From the NCBI GenBank assembly GCA_050575255.1, contig JBNZDD010013668.1, positions 1,462,289 to 1,526,288 of the forward strand: a stretch of DNA of 64,000 nt, in the 5' to 3' direction. Positions 59,405 to 64,000 of the stretch are shown here, in pieces. The DNA is from Harriotta raleighana. Lineage: Eukaryota. The notes beneath the pieces were generated by a model. That model did not search any database and was not told where the DNA came from. It worked only from the letters and a program-made list of their open reading frames with translations. Each line of letters begins with the position of its first letter. Within the stretch, counting starts at the first letter, position 1. The translations under genes and the position numbers were made by a program.

Positions 59405-59640
59405 CAGGAGAATTTATTTTCTCTATTCAAATGGTGCCATGGAATCTCTAACCTCCACCTGAAAGGTAGACAGGACTTTGGTTTAACATCTCATGCAAAG
59501 AATGGCACCTCCAACAATGCCCCAGCAATGTATTGGAGTGTCAGCCTACATTGTGAGTTCAAAGTCCCGACATGGGGCTTGAACCCTCAACCTTCCCTGG
59601 ATCAGAGGCGAAAAGTACTACCCACTGAGCCAGGCTGACA
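59405..59640 (-). mobile_element. DeuSINE-like 5' half
   Basis: Minus strand: tgtcagcctggctcagtggg...gggttcaagcccc...gagatgttaaacc...tcaggtgga...ccatggcac. Confidence 0.8.
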
Positions 59641-60096
59641 CCATGCACATCTGAGCCATTCAAACAATGAAAGCATCAAGTAAGTAACAGGATTTAGACA
59701 GTAAGTCAATGAAACGATGAAAGGTCTCCTATAATGAGCAAAATCAAACCAATGCACTATTTGAGTATTTGCCCTTCTTATCGACAAAGGTTACCTTCAA
59801 ACCTTCACATCTTTTCCCATATCCATCATCGTTTTATATGGATAAAGCATTACCAATGATGAATACATCTTCTAAAAGGCCACACATGGAAAGAGGTCAA
59901 AGACATAAGAGGAAGCGGCTGGGGGTTAAAACTGTGTTAAAACTGCCGACAAGTGAGGAAGTAAAAAAAAATCTACATAAAGGACGCAAAAGCCCTACCT
60001 TCTTATTCCATGCAGGAAAATGAAGACTGAGCCACTGGACTAAATTGATGAAAATGATTCATGCACAGAATTAAAATATTGGCTGCAGAGCTGTAC

Positions 60097-60172
60097 CTTC
60101 AAGTTTTACATTTCCATTCTGAATCCACCAGCCTTCATATACACCAGAGAAATTAATCAATTGTTCCACTAT
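60097..60172 (-). other. Unverified candidate internal exon (IVEQLINFSGVYEGWWIQNGNVKLE)
   Basis: Acceptor gttattttacag, donor AAG|gtacag, one open frame; no recognised homology. Confidence 0.2.
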
Positions 60173-60974
60173 CTGTAAAATAACATTGAATATTTTAACT
60201 TGTGTAATAGTCTGTGCGAAGTGAATCCTGTCAGATATTGGAAAACACAGTACACAGCACAATTTTTTTAATACAAAACATTACAAAAAAGGCAATCATT
60301 CAGATATTAATCTGAATCCAATATGCTGCTGTTTAGATTTTTTTGAAGAAGAAAATAAAAACCTGTGCAGTTCAACAGCCAAGTGTCCCCTAAGGCAGTT
60401 GGCTTTGCTGTAAAGGTCACGAAGAGTTCATATATGAACCTAACGTACTCTAACACAAGTGGGCCAATGTGGTCACAATTGACGGTGAAACAGAAGTTAA
60501 TTAGAGAGTCTGTTATTGAGTCTAAAATCATCATGCATTTGTGTTATTGTGACGAAAAGTAGTTTGGGAAAGTACATTCAGCATCTCAGGGCATCCTCCC
60601 AACATGAAAGGTGCTATTCAAATGTAATTTTGTATTGTATTTCATATTGTAGCTGCAGTGAATATGTTGGCTCATGCCACTGCAGTGTTAAAGTGGGGAA
60701 CCTAACTTTACATAACCGTGTATCATCAGGAGTATAACTGGGCCATCATGTCCTGCTCTAACCTGCTCTGACACACACAAATCTATACAGATCAATTGAT
60801 TTAAGTGAGAAGACAAACCAATTACTCTCCTCTGTCGGTATCTTTCTGGAGGCCATAGCAAAATGTAAACATTGGAGGGGGTGAAAAAAACACAAATTGG
60901 TCACAGATCCCCATCTTCAGGAATGGTAAAATACATTTTTATGATGAAGATCACTACCTTTTTTAAAAAAACAT

Positions 60975-61035
60975 ATCAATGTGTCATCGCAAGGATCTCT
61001 TTGAAGCGAAGAGATCCTTGCAATGACACAATGAT
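60975..61035. repeat. 27-bp near-perfect inverted repeat, 7-nt loop
   Basis: atcaatgtgtcatcgcaaggatctctt-tgaagcg-aagagatccttgcaatgacacaatgat (2 mismatches). Confidence 0.9.
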
Positions 61036-61407
61036 CTGAGAAATTAGACAATAGGCACTCATACAATAACAACAACAACATCAAAAGAAACATTACAATA
61101 ATCTGAGACTCACAAATGCATACTAATAGAACAGTAATCTAAAGTAAACCAGATAAATAATCCCATAAGAGAAAATAACAAAAAATAATAATAATTTGGT
61201 CTCTCAATCCATGACTGCTTGTGGGACACTGCTGTGTGCAATTGGCTGCTATGTTTCACCCACAAATAATAATAAGAAATTGAATGTGGACACATTAGCA
61301 GTACAAGACGAGCATAGATCCTATTGAGGAACTGGGAGTGTGAATAAGACAATTCAGAAGTAGTTTGATAAGATACCACGTGAAATCTGCACCTTCTGCA
61401 GAATATA

Positions 61408-61823
61408 CAATAAAAGCCTGCGTATCCAGCACCCTCGGGACCTGTCCGGTGCCTATTAGTTGAATGTGCCCGATTTTCGAACGGCAGGCTGTCGAAAATC
61501 CAACACAAAAAAATTACTTTTCTTTAAACATACCATATTAATAATAGACTAAATAATAACTGAATATTGGATGGACATTTACCAATAAAGCAATAAATAT
61601 TGATTACAGTCTATAAAACAGCCTCTTTAAGAGGAAAAAACGACAGCTTTAAGACACTACCAGCAGCATTCAGAACTGCTCAGACTGTACTCTTGTGAGA
61701 CAACTGACTCACAAAATGTGCCACCGAGAGTGGCTCCGGTTGCTTGAATGGGAATTGTATTGGGAGATGCCGTTTGGTCGAGCGTTCCAGTTGGTTGGGT
61801 GCCGGATATGTGGGCTTTCACTG
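61408..61823. mobile_element. Tc1/mariner-pogo-type MITE related to 6383-7224
   Basis: TIRs caataaaagcctgcgtatccagcacc / ggtgccggatatgtgggctttcactg (20/26), TA flanks; internal acataccatattaataatagactaaataa shared with ~6510-6538. Confidence 0.8.
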
Positions 61824-62442
61824 TACTTATATTGGGAAGTTCAAATATACCATAAAAGCAGCTTCCATTGAAGTGTATCATGGCGGTTTACTGGCCTGGC
61901 TGACCTATTGCTGGAAAACAATTAGAAACTGTAATTGCATAATAATAATACAGTACTTACATTTGATATAGCTCCTCTCACATTGGGAAGATGTCCCAAA
62001 GTGCTTCATGTGATATACTGTAAAGTGCATTGACTATGTGTTTTGTTGACTAAATTCAGACAAAAATTTGAGCCAGAACACCTAAGAACTTTTCATCAAA
62101 TTCCCTTTTTGGAAAATACAACAGGACTTAGTTCCCTTTCACAATCTTCCAAAAAGCTCTCTATTCTCAACTTAGTCAAGGGCAAAAGCACCTAAAACCA
62201 TATAAAGATGACTCTGTTGGAGTGACTGTTGGACCACANAACAGGACTTAGTTCCCTTTCACAATCTTCCAAAAAGGTCTCTATTCTCAACTTAGTCAAG
62301 GGCAAAAGCACCTAAAACCATATAAAGATGACTCTGTTGGAGTGACTGTTGGACCACAATATCAACAAGCATAGATATCAGTGATACGCTGTGCTTCAAT
62401 CAGATATATTTGTTAAATCCTATTGATATAAAATATAAAATA

Positions 62443-62999
62443 TAATAATCTTTGCATTTGATATAGTGTTTTTCTCTTCTTGACATCTCAAAATGCTTCA
62501 TAGAATATACTGTAAAGTGAATTGATGGTATATTTGTGGGTGAAACGCAGCAGCCAATCGCACACTGTAGTGTACCATAAACAGGCGTAGATTGAAGTGA
62601 CTAATTTATTTTTATTTTGTTTTTTTGCTTGAGTAATTATTATCAGGTATGTGGAGTAAGAAAACCTGCCCACTGCTTTGGACTACCAAAAATCGAACCA
62701 AGACCTCTCACTTCGAGGCAAGTAATAATAATAATAATCCTTGCATTTGATGTAGCGCTTTTCACATTTTATCGACGTCTCATAGCGCTTCACAGAATAT
62801 ACTGTAAAATGAATTGACTGTATATTTGGGGGTAAAATGCGGCAGCCAATTGCACAAGGCAGTGTTGCACAAACAGTTGTGGATTGGAAGTGCTTATTGT
62901 GTGTGGAGTAAGGAAACTTGCCCAAGGTTTCACCCTGGATTCGAACACAAGTCTCACGCTTGTAAGGCAAGTGCTCTAAACACTGAGCTGCAGGACTCC
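62443..62999 (-). mobile_element. Two tandem young tRNA-headed SINEs
   Basis: 62443-62723 (head cut near the anticodon arm) and 62724-62999 (complete head, ggagtcctgcagctcagtg). Confidence 0.9.
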
Positions 63000-63275
63000 A
63001 TTGTTTGGAGATGTAAACAAAGATTTTTTCTTTGAAGAACTCCATTACAGCGCTGGAGAAGTACTGTGTTAATAGAGGTGCCATTTCTTACTTAATAATG
63101 TGATAAAGCACTATATCAAATGTAAGCGTTGCAACAACAACAACTTGCACTTATAATGTGCCCTCCACACAAGATAGTGTCGCAAAAGCTTATTATCATT
63201 GTTATTAATGAAAATACCTTCTATCTTTTTATTGAAGATATATATATATATATATATAAATATATTTTGACGGTA

Positions 63276-63935
63276 GTAGGACAGGTAGATAAAGCTGTAA
63301 AAAAGCAAATGGGATACTTTGCTTCAGAAATCGGGGCATAGAATACAAAACTCAGGAAGTTATGATAAACCTTTATAAAACACTCGTTGGGCCTCAGCTG
63401 GAGTTCTGTATTCGTTCTGGCACCACACTAGAGATAGGATGTCAAGGCATTGGAGAGCATGCAAAGAAGATTTACTAGGATGCTACCAGGAATGAGGAAC
63501 TTCAGTTATCAGGAGAGGCTGGAGAAGCTAGGATTATTCTCCTTAGAGCAGAGAAGGTTAAGAAGAGACTTCATAGACCTTTTAAAAATTATGAGGGGAT
63601 TCAAGAGGGTGAACAAGGAGAAACTATTTCCACTGGCGAGTGGGTGGGTAATCCAAGGACACCGATTTAAAATAGTTGTTGAGAGAGGCGAATGGACATT
63701 TTTTCATGCAGAGAGTTGTTCAGGTGTGGAATGCATTGCCTGGAAGGGTGGTGGAAGCTGATTCGATAAGAACTTTTAAGAGTGAAGTAGATAATTATTT
63801 GGAGAGGACAAGTTTGCAGGGCTATGGGGAGAGAGTGGGGGAGTGGGATTAATTTGGACAACTCTTTTCAAATGCCGGCACAGACACAATGGGCCGAAAG
63901 GCCTCCTTCTGTGCAGTATAATTCTATGATTGTAT
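63276..63935 (+). mobile_element. CR1 LINE 3' fragment (ORF2 C-terminus + 3' UTR)
   Basis: LYKTLVGPQLEFC, LESMQRRFTRMLPGMRNFSYQERLEKLGLFSLEQRRLR, QGHRFKI; tail gggccgaaaggcctcc...attctatgat. Confidence 0.95.
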
Positions 63936-64000
63936 CATTCTATTAGAAATAAGATGGGATAGACTCTCTAAACAACCAATAAAATAATTGCAAGTGGATT

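Noticed and set aside
62119-62358. ~120-bp tandem duplication
   Set aside because: Flanks n62239; assembly overlap.

Overview
Eukaryotic, AT-rich, repeat-dense non-coding DNA (large intron or gene desert). The repeat repertoire (DeuSINE-type SINEs, L2 and CR1 LINE fragments, AmnSINE2-like relics) suggests a cartilaginous fish; this is inference, not a database result. I recognise no intact protein-coding gene. The only ORFs with recognisable homology are decayed CR1 and L2 reverse-transcriptase fragments. Main contents: (i) many copies of two tRNA-headed SINE families sharing an L2-type 3' stem-loop; (ii) 5'-truncated L2 and CR1 copies, often nested; (iii) two related Tc1/mariner-pogo-type MITEs with TIRs and TA target sites; (iv) a near-perfect 30-bp minisatellite (~24.7 copies) bracketed by inverted CCAAT + PBX/MEIS-like motifs; (v) several isolated perfect or branched hairpins; (vi) repeat-poor blocks that look like enhancer candidates; (vii) a few unverified candidate exons; (viii) draft-assembly artefacts around N characters. 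I see no convincing novel multi-gene system. The best leads are the motif-bracketed minisatellite, the branched hairpin at 21.85 kb and the modular SINE/L2 tail system. Repeat boundaries were read by eye and are approximate.
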